DNA of 64,000 nucleotides from Pseudomonadota bacterium (GTDB lineage: Bacteria; Myxococcota_A; Polyangia; GCA-2747355), in contig JADJDT010000029.1 of the NCBI GenBank assembly GCA_016702545.1, positions 10,500-74,499 on the forward strand, read 5' to 3'. The position numbers and the translations under genes are program-made. Under the pieces are notes generated by a model. That model had not been told where the DNA came from and did no database searches. It saw only the letters and a program-made list of their open reading frames with translations. Below, in pieces: positions 1 to 10,577 of this stretch; position 1 is the stretch's first letter; the number at the start of each line of letters is the position of its first letter.

Positions 1-3000
1 GCCGGCTGTGGCAGCGGCGACCTCGATCCGGTGCTGGATGCGCGGGTGGACGGCCGTCCCGTGCGGGTCGATGGGGGCAGCGTGGCCCGCGACCGCGGCG
101 CTGGACCGCAGGACGCCGCAGCCGGGGACCTCGCGGTGGCACCCGTCGCCGTGCTCTCGATCGCCGGCGCGCCCGCAGTGACGTTCCAGGCGGTCGTGGG
201 CGGCGCTGCCGACGAGCAGACGATCACCGTGGACAACGCCGGAGAGACTGTGGCCTCGGCGCTGGTCGGCACCGTCGGCGCGCCCTTCGCGTTCAAGGGT
301 GGCAGCTACCCGGGGACGGGGGGCACCTGCGGGGCCACGCTGGCCGCAGCCGAGAACTGCACCGTCGTGGTCAGCTTCCGCCCGGCGGCGGCGGGGGAGT
401 CGACGGGAGCGCTGAGCGTGGATTACCGCGACGGGCAGCGCGACCAGCGCGCGCAGCGGTCGCTGGTCGGTGGGGCGACGCGACCCGCGCAGCTCGCGAT
501 CAGCGGTGCTCCATCGTTTTCTTTCGGCAGCGGCGTGGTCGGGGCCACGATCGAGCACACCTTCAGCGTCGACAACACGGGGGGCACCGAGGCGACGGCC
601 CTGACCGCCAGCGCGCTCGGCGCGCCCTTCGCCTTCAAGGGTGGCAGCTACCCCGGTGGCGGCAGCTGCACGGCAGCGCTGGCCGCGGGGGCGAGCTGCA
701 CGTTGGTGGTGGTCTACGCGCCGAGCGACGCCGCCGCGAGCACTGCGACGCTGCGCCTCGGCTACCACGACGGCGCCGCCCCGCGGCAGGCCGAGGTCGG
801 GCTTGCCGGGTCGGGCGTCACCCCGGCGGCGCTCTCGATCTCGGACGGCGCTCGCTACGACTTCGGGCCGCGCGCGCTCGGCACGAGCGCTGACAAGACC
901 CTCACGATCAGCAATAGCGGTGCGGCGGGGGCCACGGCGCTGAACGCCGAGGCCCTCGGCAACGGCTTCGGCTTCAAGGGCGGCAGTTACCCCGGGACGG
1001 GGGGGACCTGCGGGCCGACGCTGGCGGGCTTGGCCTCCTGCACGGTGGTGCTGACCTTCGCGCCGACCGTGGTGGGGGAGGCCACGGCGACGCTCTCGTT
1101 GCTTTACGCCACGGGTGCAGGCAACCGCGGCGCCACGCGTCCGCTGGTGGGCCGCGGGCTCAGTCGCGCGGCGCTGGTCTACGACGCCGGGGTGGGCTTC
1201 GACTTCGGCACGCTCGCGGTCGGAACGCGGGTCGAGCGCGCCTTCATGGTGACCAACTTGGGCGAGCTGACGGCGACCGCCATCGCCCCTTCGGCCGGGC
1301 CGGCGGCGCCCTTCGCCTACGCGGGCGGCAGCTATCCGGGCAGCGGCGGCACCTGCGGCGCGAGCCTCGTGCCCTTCGGGAGCTGCACCCTCGTCGTGAG
1401 CTACCAGGCGCCGACCGGCGGCTCCCACGTCTCGGCGGCGACCCTGGGCTTCCACGACGGCGTCGAGGCCAAGGTCGCGGCGCTGCAGCTCCGAGCGGCC
1501 GCGACCGGAGCGGCCTTCCTCGTGTTGTCGGATGGCCCGAGCTACGACTTCGGTGCGGTCGGGGTCGGCGCGCAGGCGGCGTACGGCTTGACGCTGGCCA
1601 ACACGGGTGCGTTGGCCGCGACCGGGATCCTACCCGACGCGCTCCCCGCGCCCTTCACGTTGCCCGGGGGCTACCCAGGTACAGGGGGCGACTGCGGCAC
1701 GACCCTGGCCGCCGGGGCGACCTGTACGATCGTCGTCGCCTTCGCGCCGACCACAACCGGACCGAGCAATGCCTTGCTCACCTTGCACCATCACGATGGA
1801 ACGGCGACCCTCGCGACGACCCGCGCGCTGAGCGGCACGGGTACGGGCGACGCGGCCTTGGCCTTTGCCGATGCCCCGGTGCGGGATTTTGGGCGCCACG
1901 CCGTCGGCGCGACCCGCGAGCTGGCGTTGACCGTGCGCAACAGCGGCGCGCTGGCCACGGTCGGCGAGCTGCGCAGCACCGTTGCCCTGACGAGTGGCTT
2001 TAGCTTCAAGGGGGGGGCCTTCCCCGGGACGGGCGGAAGCTGCGGGCCACAGCTCGCGGCCGGAGCGAGCTGTACGGTCGTGGTCAGCTTCGTGCCGGCG
2101 GCGAACGGCCCCGCCAGCGCGCGCCTCGTCCTCGCCTATAGCACCTTGGCGGGTGCGGACAGCGCCGAGCTGGCGTTTTCGGGCCTCGGGGTCGCGCCGG
2201 CCACGCTGTTGATCTCCGATGGGCCGAGCTTCGACTTCGGCACGCGTACGGTCGACTCCAGCACGCGCAAGCAGCTCACGGTGACCAACGAGGGCGGTGT
2301 AACGGCGACGGCGTTGGCGCTCAGCGGGCTGGCCGCGCCCTTTGCCTACGTGGCGGGGAGCTGTGGGGCCACGCTCGATCCATCGGCGAGCTGCACCTTC
2401 GCCGTGGACTACCAGCCGAGCGCGGCGGGCGACCACGCCGACACGGTGCTGCTCGACTATAGCGATGGCGCGGCGACGCGGCAGACGACGCGGGCGCTGA
2501 CGGGCAGCGCGACCCTTCCCGCGCTGCTGACGATCTCCGATGGTCCGACGCTCAAGTTCGGCTCGCGCGCCACGGGGTCGGTCAGCGAGGCGACGCTGAC
2601 GGTGACCAACGGGGGCGCCTCGAATGCCACGGCGCTGAGCGCGGCGTCGCTCGGTGCGCCCTTCGCCTTCAAGGGTGGCGCCTATCCCGGCACGGGCGGC
2701 ACCTGCGCCGCGGCGCTCGCCCCCGGCGCCGGCTGCCTCGTGGTGGTGACCTTCGCGCCGAGCAGCGTCGACGCCTTCACCGGGACCCTGACGCTCGACT
2801 ACCACGACGGCGCGGCGGCGCGTTCGGCGCAGCGGGTGCTCTCGGGGGCCGCCCTGCCGCCGGCGCGCATCGAGTTCACCGCGGTGGCGGGCTACGACTT
2901 TGGTGCGCAGGCCATCGGCGCCACGCCCGTGCTGCGGCTCTTCCTGAACAACACCGGCGGTGTCGAAGCAACGAGCATCGCGCTCTCGGGGCTGCTGCCG

Positions 3001-6000
3001 CCCTTTGCCGTGACCAGCACGGACTGCGGCGCGACGCTGGCCGCAGCCCATATCTGCAGCCTCGATGTGACCTTCTCACCCACGGTCCTGGGGGCAGCGA
3101 GCGACAATCTGGTGGTTGACTACAACGACGGCGCGGCGACGAGGACCGCGAGCCAGGCTCTCCAGGGCACCGCGATGCCGCCGGCGCTGTTGACCATCTC
3201 GGATGGGCCCGGCTTCGACTTCGGCACTTTGGGGATCGGCGCGACGGCGCAGCACATCTTCACGATCAGCAACAGCGGAGGTGTGCCGGCCGTGCGCTTG
3301 ACAGCCCTGAGCTTGACGGCGCCCTTTGCCTTCAAGGGCGGGGCCTTCCCGGGGTTGGGTGGAAGCTGCGGCGAGAACCTGGCGGTGGGCACGAGCTGCA
3401 CGATGGTCGTGACCTTCGCGCCCTCCGCTGCCGGCGCGGCGACCGATACCCTGGCGCTGACGTACCACGATGGTGCGGACGCGACCGCGGCGGGTCGCGA
3501 CCTCCGCGGGCTGGCCACGGCACAGGCGGCCCTGGCGATCGCCGACTATCCGCAGGAGTACTACCAGGAGTATGGGCTGCAGCCGGACGGCCCCGTGCAC
3601 GACTTCGGGCGCAGTGGGGTGGGTCGCGCGGCAGCGCATGTCTTCGTGGTGACCAACAACGGGGCGTCGGCAGCGACGGCGCTGAGCGCGTCGGCGCTCG
3701 GCGTGGGCTTCGCCTTCACGGGCAACGGCAGCTTCCCGGGCCAGGGCGGCACCTGCGCTGCCACGCTCGCCGTCGGGGCGAGCTGCACGGTCGCGATCGA
3801 CTTCCATCCGCCGGCCGCTGCGACCTACACCGCCGAGCTCGCGCTCGCCTACCAAGACGGTGCCGGGGCGGTGACGGCCACACGCGCGTTGACGGGCATC
3901 GGCGTGACGACTGCGGTGCTAGCCCTGGCGGATTTCGAGGGCGGCATCCGGCTCGGTCCGACCTACGACTACGGCACGCAGGGCGTCGGTAGCCAGACGA
4001 GGCATGAGTTCCATCTGCGGAATCAGGGGGCGGTGGCGGCAACGGGGTTGGCGGCTCGCCTGAGTCCCTCGTTCGCCCTCAGCGGCGCGGCTTTCCCTGG
4101 GGTGGGTGGCACCTGCGGCACCACCCTGGCGCCGGGCGCGGAGTGCCTGGTCGCGATCGACTTCAGGCCGACGGACGTTGGTGCCGTCGCGGGAACCCTG
4201 ACTGTCGACTACCACGATGGCGCCGAGGCCCAGTCGGTCGCTCGCGCGCTGGGTGGCAGTGGCACGGCGCGACCGCTGGTGCGCGTGGCCGAGGAATTCG
4301 GCTATCCGCTACCGCTGGCCTTCGACTTCGGCAGGGTCGGCATCGGCCGACAGCTCGTGCGACGCTTCGTGCTCTTCAATGTGGGCGCGGAGACGGCCAC
4401 GCACCTGACCGTGTACGCCAACGGCGCGGCGTATACGGTGTATGCGAAGGATCCGGCGCCGCCCGCCGGTGGTGGCACGTCTGACGCTCCGCCGGCCTGC
4501 GGCACCGAGCTCAGGCCGCGAGAGACGTGCAGCGTCTGGGTCGGCTTCCAATCGACGACGGCGGGAACGCACCCCGGAACGGTCTTTGTCAGCTCCTTCC
4601 GCGGCAATTGGCTCGACCCGGTGACGACCGCGCGCGCGCTGACCGGTTCGGCCACGATCGGGGCCGAGCTGCTCCTCGTCGACTACCTCGACCGAGAGGA
4701 GTTGCAGCGCGATCCGCACGACTTCGGCACGGTCGGCGTCGGCGGCACGCGCGACCGGAGCTTCTTCCTCAAGAACTTCGGCGCGCACGAGGCCACGCTG
4801 CTGAGCGCCTTGGGCCCGGCGGGCGTCTTCAGCTATCCGGATGGCTACCCGGGTACGGCGGTCGCCGTGTCTGGCGCGAGCCCGTGCGGGACGAGCCTCG
4901 CCGCCGGAGCAAGCTGTGCACTCGTCGTGCGCTTCGCGCCCACCACCAACACCGTCAGTGCTGACGCGGTCGCCTTGCAGTACGACGACGGTGTTGCGAC
5001 GCGGGTCGTTCGCCGCGACCTGCTGGGCACCGGCACCCTCCGGGCGCTCGTGCGCGTGGCGGATTATCCCGACGGCTGGGCCGATTCTAGCCGCCCCTAT
5101 GACTTCGGTGTGCGCGGTCAAGCGCTCGATCACACCTTCTACCTCTTCAACGACGGCGCCCTCGCCGCGACCGTGTCCGACGCCGGCCTGCTGGCAGGAT
5201 CCTTCGGCTGGAAGGGCGGCGCCTACCCCGGCACGAGTGGGAGCTGCGGCGCGGCGTCGCTGGGGCCGGGCGCCACCTGCACGGTGGTCGTGACCTTCGC
5301 TCCGAGTGGTGACGGGCCACGGGCGGCGGGCCTCGGCCTCCGGTACCTCGACGCCACCGGTGAGCAGCTCGCGGAGCGCGCCCTGGCAGGTACCGCCACG
5401 ACAGCGCCGGTGCTGCAGCTTCAGAGCTGGGTCGGTCAGACGGAGCAGCAGGCACGCTTCGACTATGGGATCGCCGGAAGGCCCCGCGACCAGGTCTTCT
5501 ACCTGTCCAACCTGGGAGGGAGCGCGGCGACGGTCGCTGGCGGCGCGGTGACGGGGCTCGGCTTCGCCTTCAAGGGCGAGTCCTTCCCCGGTAGCGGAGG
5601 CACCTGCGTGGCCGGCGGCACCCTGGACGCCGGCGCGCGCTGCGAGCTCGTGGTGACCTTCGACCCGCGGGGGAGCCCCTACGGCGTGCGCTCGGGGCGG
5701 CTGGTCATCGCCTGGCATCCCGCTGGAGCGCCGAGCTCGGGTCACGAGACGAGCCTGGAGCTGGCGGGCAACGCCGCCGCTGGAGCGGTGATCGCGATCA
5801 GGGCCTTCCCGGGCGAGTTCGATGTTTCGCGGCCGATCGATCTCGGCGCGGTGCCGGCCTCGGCCGACGGCAGCTCGGCCCGCAGCCAGATACTCTACGT
5901 GGCCAACCTGGGCGCCACGGACATCACCGACCTCGCCCCCGTGCTCACCGCGCCGGCCGGGCCGCATCTTCGCTATCTGGGCGGCGCCTTCCCCGGAACG

Positions 6001-6180
6001 GGCGGGACCTGCAGCGCGGTGCTGCCCGCCAGCTCGACCGACCATTGCACGATCATCCTCGAGTTGGCGCCGCGGACGGTCGGGGTGGTCAGCGATGCGG
6101 TGTCGCTCACCACGGCCGGGGGAGCGCCCTTCCCAGTGCCGTTCACGCGCGGCCTGATGGGGCGCGGCCTCAATCCCTGA
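1..6180 (+). CDS. Very large secreted repeat protein (5' end lies outside the window) with about 17 tandem Ig-like modules of the choice-of-anchor-D / ASH-HYDIN kind
   Basis: The frame is open from base 1, with no stop before the listed start at 31. It has ~17 modules of ~105-120 aa. Each carries DFG..(A)VG....F.V.N.G...A and F-K-G-G-x-[YF]-P-G-x-G-G-[ST]-C-G..L..G..C.vvV.F.P. Stop codon TGA at 6178-6180. Third-position GC is high throughout. Confidence 0.85.
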   Translation, partial: AGCGSGDLDPVLDARVDGRPVRVDGGSVARDRGAGPQDAAAGDLAVAPVAVLSIAGAPAVTFQAVVGGAADEQTITVDNAGETVASALVGTVGAPFAFKGGSYPGTGGTCGATLAAAENCTVVVSFRPAAAGESTGALSVDYRDGQRDQRAQRSLVGGATRPAQLAISGAPSFSFGSGVVGATIEHTFSVDNTGGTEATALTASALGAPFAFKGGSYPGGGSCTAALAAGASCTLVVVYAPSDAAASTATLRLGYHDGAAPRQAEVGLAGSGVTPAALSISDGARYDFGPRALGTSADKTLTISNSGAAGATALNAEALGNGFGFKGGSYPGTGGTCGPTLAGLASCTVVLTFAPTVVGEATATLSLLYATGAGNRGATRPLVGRGLSRAALVYDAGVGFDFGTLAVGTRVERAFMVTNLGELTATAIAPSAGPAAPFAYAGGSYPGSGGTCGASLVPFGSCTLVVSYQAPTGGSHVSAATLGFHDGVEAKVAALQLRAAATGAAFLVLSDGPSYDFGAVGVGAQAAYGLTLANTGALAATGILPDALPAPFTLPGGYPGTGGDCGTTLAAGATCTIVVAFAPTTTGPSNALLTLHHHDGTATLATTRALSGTGTGDAALAFADAPVRDFGRHAVGATRELALTVRNSGALATVGELRSTVALTSGFSFKGGAFPGTGGSCGPQLAAGASCTVVVSFVPAANGPASARLVLAYSTLAGADSAELAFSGLGVAPATLLISDGPSFDFGTRTVDSSTRKQLTVTNEGGVTATALALSGLAAPFAYVAGSCGATLDPSASCTFAVDYQPSAAGDHADTVLLDYSDGAATRQTTRALTGSATLPALLTISDGPTLKFGSRATGSVSEATLTVTNGGASNATALSAASLGAPFAFKGGAYPGTGGTCAAALAPGAGCLVVVTFAPSSVDAFTGTLTLDYHDGAAARSAQRVLSGAALPPARIEFTAVAGYDFGAQAIGATPVLRLFLNNTGGVEATSIALSGLLPPFAVTSTDCGATLAAAHICSLDVTFSPTVLGAASDNLVVDYNDGAATRTASQALQGTAMPPALLTISDGPGFDFGTLGIGATAQHIFTISNSGGVPAVRLTALSLTAPFAFKGGAFPGLGGSCGENLAVGTSCTMVVTFAPSAAGAATDTLALTYHDGADATAAGRDLRGLATAQAALAIADYPQEYYQEYGLQPDGPVHDFGRSGVGRAAAHVFVVTNNGASAATALSASALGVGFAFTGNGSFPGQGGTCAATLAVGASCTVAIDFHPPAAATYTAELALAYQDGAGAVTATRALTGIGVTTAVLALADFEGGIRLGPTYDYGTQGVGSQTRHEFHLRNQGAVAATGLAARLSPSFALSGAAFPGVGGTCGTTLAPGAECLVAIDFRPTDVGAVAGTLTVDYHDGAEAQSVARALGGSGTARPLVRVAEEFGYPLPLAFDFGRVGIGRQLVRRFVLFNVGAETATHLTVYANGAAYTVYAKDPAPPAGGGTSDAPPACGTELRPRETCSVWVGFQSTTAGTHPGTVFVSSFRGNWLDPVTTARALTGSATIGAELLLVDYLDREELQRDPHDFGTVGVGGTRDRSFFLKNFGAHEATLLSALGPAGVFSYPDGYPGTAVAVSGASPCGTSLAAGASCALVVRFAPTTNTVSADAVALQYDDGVATRVVRRDLLGTGTLRALVRVADYPDGWADSSRPYDFGVRGQALDHTFYLFNDGALAATVSDAGLLAGSFGWKGGAYPGTSGSCGAASLGPGATCTVVVTFAPSGDGPRAAGLGLRYLDATGEQLAERALAGTATTAPVLQLQSWVGQTEQQARFDYGIAGRPRDQVFYLSNLGGSAATVAGGAVTGLGFAFKGESFPGSGGTCVAGGTLDAGARCELVVTFDPRGSPYGVRSGRLVIAWHPAGAPSSGHETSLELAGNAAAGAVIAIRAFPGEFDVSRPIDLGAVPASADGSSARSQILYVANLGATDITDLAPVLTAPAGPHLRYLGGAFPGTGGTCSAVLPASSTDHCTIILELAPRTVGVVSDAVSLTTAGGAPFPVPFTRGLMGRGLNP

Positions 6181-6249
6181 CGCACCCACTTCCCGAGACC
6201 GCTCGACTGCTTGACCGCCTGTGGGCCGGCTGGCAGTTTAGCGTCCGCG

Positions 6250-8785
6250 ATGGCCGTCGAGCTGCACCCGAGCGATCCCCCTGCATCGACCGATCATGTC
6301 GCGGGCGGAGCTCCGGCCGATGGGGCGGCCGGTGCCGGGCCATCCCGCGGCAGCGCGTGGCTCGCCGATCTGATCGTGCGTCACCACCGCGCGATCCTGA
6401 TCGGCGCGCTGGTGCTCACCGCCCTCGGCGTCTGGCGCGTCACCCGCCTGCAGCTGCGCTCCGACTTCGCCGAGCTCTTGCCCGCGCGTGACCCGGCGGT
6501 GGTGGTGCTGCGCGAGATGGATCGCCGCATCGCGGCGCTGGCGACGCTGATCATCGGCGTCGAGAGCCCGTCGCCGGCCGCGAACGAGCGCTTTGTCGAG
6601 GCGCTGGTGCAGCGCCTGCGCGCGGCGCGCTCGTCCGACATCGTCGCGGTGCAGGCGGGGGTGCAGGAGGAGCAGCGTTTCTTCCGCGCGCATCGCTGGC
6701 TCTACGCGGGGCTCGACCAGCTCGAGGACGCGCACGATCGCCTCGAGCGGGCGATCGCCAAGCGCAAGAACCCGCTCTTCGTCGACCTCGACGACGACGG
6801 CGCCAAGGAGCCACCCCTCGGCCAACAGGCCGACAAGCTCGACCAGCGTCAACGCGAGCGCTTCGCCAAGTTCCCCGGCGGGTATTTCGCCACGCGCGAC
6901 CGCGGCACCTACGCGGTGGTGATCTCGGTGCGCGGCTCGGTCTTCGGCGGCGGCGCGGGCGAGCGCGTGGTGCGGCTGGTGCGCGAAACGACGGCGCAGC
7001 TGCAGCCGCGGCGTTTCCACCCGGCGCTGGCCGTCGAGCTGACCGGGGGCGTGACCTCGGCGCTGGCCGAGCGCCACGCGCTGGAGAACGACCTGGTCTG
7101 GGCCACGACCGTCAGCGTGGTGCTGATCTTCCTCTCGATCGTGCTCTTCTACGGTCGGCTCTCCGCGGTGCCGCTGTCGACCGTGCCGGCGCTGATCGGC
7201 GTGATCTTGGCGCTGGCCTTCGCCCAGCTCGTCTTCGGCTACCTCAACTCCTCGACGGCCTTCATGGGCTCGATCATCGTCGGCAACGGGGTCAACTACG
7301 CGATCATCCAGCTCGCGCGCTACGAGGAGGAGCGGCGCTTCGGGCGCAGTGTGCGCGATGCGATCGCGATCGCGCTGCACACGACCTGGCGCGCCACGGC
7401 GACGGCCTCGCTGGGGGCCGCGGTGGCCTATGGTTCGCTCGCGATCACGAGCTTCCGCGGCTTCAACCAGTTCGGCTACATCGGCGGCGTCGGGATGGTG
7501 CTGTCATGGTTGGCCACCGTGCTGGTGCTGCCGGCGCTGTGGGTGCTTTCGGACCGACGGGCCGCGGGGGCGACGCTGCCGCGCCTGCGCGGGTTCAGGT
7601 TGGCCGCACCGCTCGCGCGCTTCGGCGTCGAGCACCCGCGACTGCTGCTGGGCCTCGGCGCGGCGCTCTCGCTCGCCGCGCTGATCCCGCTGCCGCGCTA
7701 CGCCCGCGACCCCTTCGAGTACGACTTCCGCAAGCTGCGCAATCAGGTCTCGCGCGAGTCGGCCTCCGAGCGGCTGAACGCGCGCCTCAGCCCGGTCTTC
7801 GGCCGGTCGCTCTCGCATAACTTCATCGTCGCCGACGACCCCTCGCAGGTCGAAGCGATTCGCGACAAGCTGCGGGCCAAGGACCGCGGCGTCGGGGCGC
7901 TGGGGGCGGTGCGCACGATCAACGACTTCTTGCCCGGCGCGCCCGCGCTGCAGCGGCGCAAGCTCGAGGTGCTCGGCCGGATCCGCGCGCTGATCGACCG
8001 CAACCTGCGCCTGCTCGACGACACCGAGCGCGCGGATGCGCTGCGCCTGCGCCCGCCCGAGCACCTGGGCGTCTTGCGGCCGGGGGACCTGCCCTATGGC
8101 TTGCGCCGCGCCTTCACCGAGGTCGACGGGACGATCGGGCGACCCGGTGCTCTATTACGCGCGCGAGAACGTGACGGTCTGGGACGGGCGCTACCAGATG
8201 AAGCTGGCGGGCGTCGTGCAGAGCGTGCGACTCGACGACGGGCGGCTGATTCGCTCCTCCGGCTCGGCGGTGGTCTTTGCGGCGATGCTGCGGGCGATCG
8301 TCGAGGATGGCCCGCTGGTCACGGCGGCCTCGCTGCTCGGCGTGGTGCTCTTGGTCGTGGCGCTGACCTGGCGTCGCGGCGGCGCGCTGCTGATCCTGCT
8401 CACGCTGCTTGCCGGCGTGCTGTGGATGGTCGGCGCGGCGGCAGCGGCCGGCGTGCGCATCAACTTCCTCAACTTCATCGCGCTGCCGATCACCTTTGGC
8501 ATCAACGTCGATTACGCCGTCAATCTCTACCTACGCTATCGCTTCGAGGGGCGCGGGCGGGTGCGCGAGGCCGTCGAGGCCACGGGCGCGGCCGTCGCGC
8601 TCTGCTCGCTGACGACGATCATCGGCTACGGAGCGCTGCTGGTGGCCGACAATCAGGCGCTGCGCTCCTTCGGCGCGATGGCCATTCTGGGCGAGTTCGC
8701 CTGCATCACGGCGGCGTTGCTGCTGCTGCCGGCCGCGCTGGTCGTGCTCGAGCAGCGGCAGGCGCGCCGGGCCGCCGCGCCGTGA
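6250..8785 (+). pseudogene. MMPL/RND-superfamily membrane transporter with the reading frame broken (+1) near 8146-8147
   Basis: The N-terminal half is in the frame of ORF 6211..9672 (LRSDFAELLP, first TM bundle VWATTVSVVLIFLSIVLFYG...). The C-terminal half is in the frame of ORF 8036..8785 (second bundle LVTAASLLGVVLLVVALTW...INFLNFIALPITFGINVDYAVNLY). The junction EVDGTIGRP|VLYYARENV is restored by removing one base at GG 8146-8147. ATG at 6250 is the preferred start; TTG 6211 is an alternative. Confidence 0.75.
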
Positions 8786-8799
8786 GCGCCGCGCCGGCC

Positions 8800-9672
8800 G
8801 TGCCGGGCGCCGACTACAGCCACGCCTTCCACGCGGGCAACGTCGGGGATGTCTGGAAGCACTGCGTGCAGGTCGCCGTCGTGCGGGCGCTGGTGGCCGG
8901 GCCGCGGCCGCTGCGCGTGATCGAGACGCACGCGGGGGCCGGTCGTTATTCCCTTGGTGCGACCGGAGAATGGCAGGAGGGGATCGGCCGGCTACTGGGG
9001 GCCGGTGGGCTGCCCGCCGCCGCGCCCGAGGCGCTCAGGAGCTACCTCGAGCTGGTGTCCAACGAGGGGGCGGGTGCGAGCAGCGGTCCGCGGCACTACC
9101 CCGGGTCGCCGCGACTGACGCTGGCGCTGCTGCGCGCGGCCGACGCGCTGGTGCTGCACGAGCGAGACGCCGCGACGGCGACGGCGCTGCGCGCGGCGAT
9201 CGCGGTCGATCCACGCATCAGCGTGCACGAGGCCGACGGCCTGGCCGGCCTGGCCGAGCCGCTCGACGGCGATCACGAGCAGCTGGTGCTGATCGATCCG
9301 ACCTATGCCGACAAGCACGAATGGCCGCGCGTGGGCGAGGCCCTGCTCGCCGCCGCAGCGCGCCAGCCGGCGACGCGCTTCCTCTTGTGGTACCCCGTCA
9401 AGAGCCTGACCCGCCCCAATGCGCTGCTGGCCCAGCTCCGCGCGGGGGGCCTCGCCGCGAGCGTCGTCGAGTTGCTGACGACCCCGCTCGAGCACCAGCG
9501 CCAGCGCCTCAACGGCAGCGGCGTGGTGCTGGTGCGACCGCCACCCGGCGTGCTCGAACAGGCGGGGGCCGCCGCCCCGATCCTCGGCGCCCTGTGCGCC
9601 ACGCGCGCCGGCTGGTGGTCCTACCGCGCGCTGAGCTGGGAAGGGACCCCCCGCGCCAGCGCCGGGCCTTGA
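8800..9672 (+). CDS. rlmJ: 23S rRNA (adenine2030-N6)-methyltransferase RlmJ
   Basis: N-terminal YSHAFHAGNVGDVWKH matches the RlmJ signature (E. coli SYRHSFHAGNHADVLKH). HYPGSP and LIDPTY (DPPY-type catalytic motif) are present. It lies in the tail of composite ORF 6211..9672. GTG 8800 is preferred; GTG 8782, overlapping the upstream stop, is an alternative. Confidence 0.85.
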   Translation: MPGADYSHAFHAGNVGDVWKHCVQVAVVRALVAGPRPLRVIETHAGAGRYSLGATGEWQEGIGRLLGAGGLPAAAPEALRSYLELVSNEGAGASSGPRHYPGSPRLTLALLRAADALVLHERDAATATALRAAIAVDPRISVHEADGLAGLAEPLDGDHEQLVLIDPTYADKHEWPRVGEALLAAAARQPATRFLLWYPVKSLTRPNALLAQLRAGGLAASVVELLTTPLEHQRQRLNGSGVVLVRPPPGVLEQAGAAAPILGALCATRAGWWSYRALSWEGTPRASAGP

Positions 9673-9805
9673 GACCGTGACGGCGGGACGATGGTCGCCG
9701 CCAGATATGCCTCTCGCGGCAAGAGAACGGGCCATATACGCGTCTGTTGAAGCGTCGGAATTGTGCAGCCTCGTGTTGAAGAAGGACCCACCGGTGGCCT
9801 TCTTG

Positions 9806-10189
9806 TCACCACTGGACGCGGTGCAGGCCCTTGACGTGGTCGAAATGCTGGTCGCGTGTGACCACGCTCAGGTGGTGCTGAAGCGCGAGCGCGGCGATCC
9901 AGACGTCGTTTTCGGGAATCGGTGTGCCTTGCGCTCGCAGCTGGTGGCGAAGTGCGGCATAGGTGTTGGCCGTGACTTGGTCGAGGTTTAGGACGATGGA
10001 TTCGTCGACGAGCTGGTCGAGAAGCGGATCGAGCTCGCGCCTGTGCTTCGAGCGCAAGAGGCCATAACGGTACTCACCGATCACGACGACAGGGAGGTGA
10101 TGGCGAGGCTCGGGATCCAGCACAGCGGCGAGGGCCAGGTCACCCGCCAGGACGCCGGAGACGGCATTCGTGTCGAGGATCAACGCCAA
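9806..10189 (-). CDS. vapC: PIN-domain ribonuclease toxin VapC
   Basis: 127 aa. Starts LILDTNAVS (first acidic PIN residue) and has later conserved acidic positions (ENDVWIAA..., TRDQHF). It overlaps an upstream small antitoxin-like ORF by 10 nt. Confidence 0.85.
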   Translation of the reverse strand: MALILDTNAVSGVLAGDLALAAVLDPEPRHHLPVVVIGEYRYGLLRSKHRRELDPLLDQLVDESIVLNLDQVTANTYAALRHQLRAQGTPIPENDVWIAALALQHHLSVVTRDQHFDHVKGLHRVQW

Positions 10190-10437
10190 CCCTCCGCCTC
10201 AATCTGGGCGAGGTCCTGCTCGATGACGCGCGCCACCTGCGCCACGGGTGCCCTCCGCGCTCGGCCGAAGACCCGGCGCCAGCCGCTTGCTTCGATCGGG
10301 GGTGCGCCTTCGGCGCTGTGAGCCAAACGGTCACGCAGTGCTGCGGTAACGAACTCCTTCAGGCTGGTGCCACTCATCGCGGCGCGGGCCTTGCTGCGGC
10401 GGTACAGGTCGTCCGGGATCTCGATGGTCGTCTTCAT
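10180..10437 (-). CDS. vapB: Type II antitoxin partner of VapC
   Basis: 85 aa. Starts MKTTIEIPDDLYRRSKARAA, as in small DNA-binding antitoxins. It is translationally coupled to the PIN toxin. Confidence 0.7.
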   Translation of the reverse strand: MKTTIEIPDDLYRRSKARAAMSGTSLKEFVTAALRDRLAHSAEGAPPIEASGWRRVFGRARRAPVAQVARVIEQDLAQIEAEGWR

Positions 10438-10440
10438 GCC

Positions 10441-10469
10441 CCATATCTACCATATTACCGCAAATATGG
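10441..10469 (-). promoter_or_regulatory. AT-rich inverted repeat upstream of vapB; candidate autoregulatory operator/promoter
   Basis: CCATAT at 10441-10446, then CCATATT (10450-10456)-N6-AATATGG (10463-10469), immediately 5' of the antitoxin start. This is a local AT-rich patch in a GC-rich background. Confidence 0.35.
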
Positions 10470-10577
10470 CATCGCTCGGTGTGGCGCGCGCACGCGTGGC
10501 GGCCGTGCCGGGATAGGAGTCGCGGGGCGCCCTCGGTCAGGTGCGGGGACGTGGTCTCTGTTCGTCGCGCGGACGCG

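Noticed and set aside
6211-9672. A single 1153-aa protein, as listed in the ORF track
   Set aside because: It is a composite. The first ~640 aa are the transporter's N-terminal half. The middle ~210 aa are out-of-frame Arg/Gly/Ala read-through of the transporter's C-terminal half, whose real frame is ORF 8036..8785. The last ~290 aa are RlmJ.
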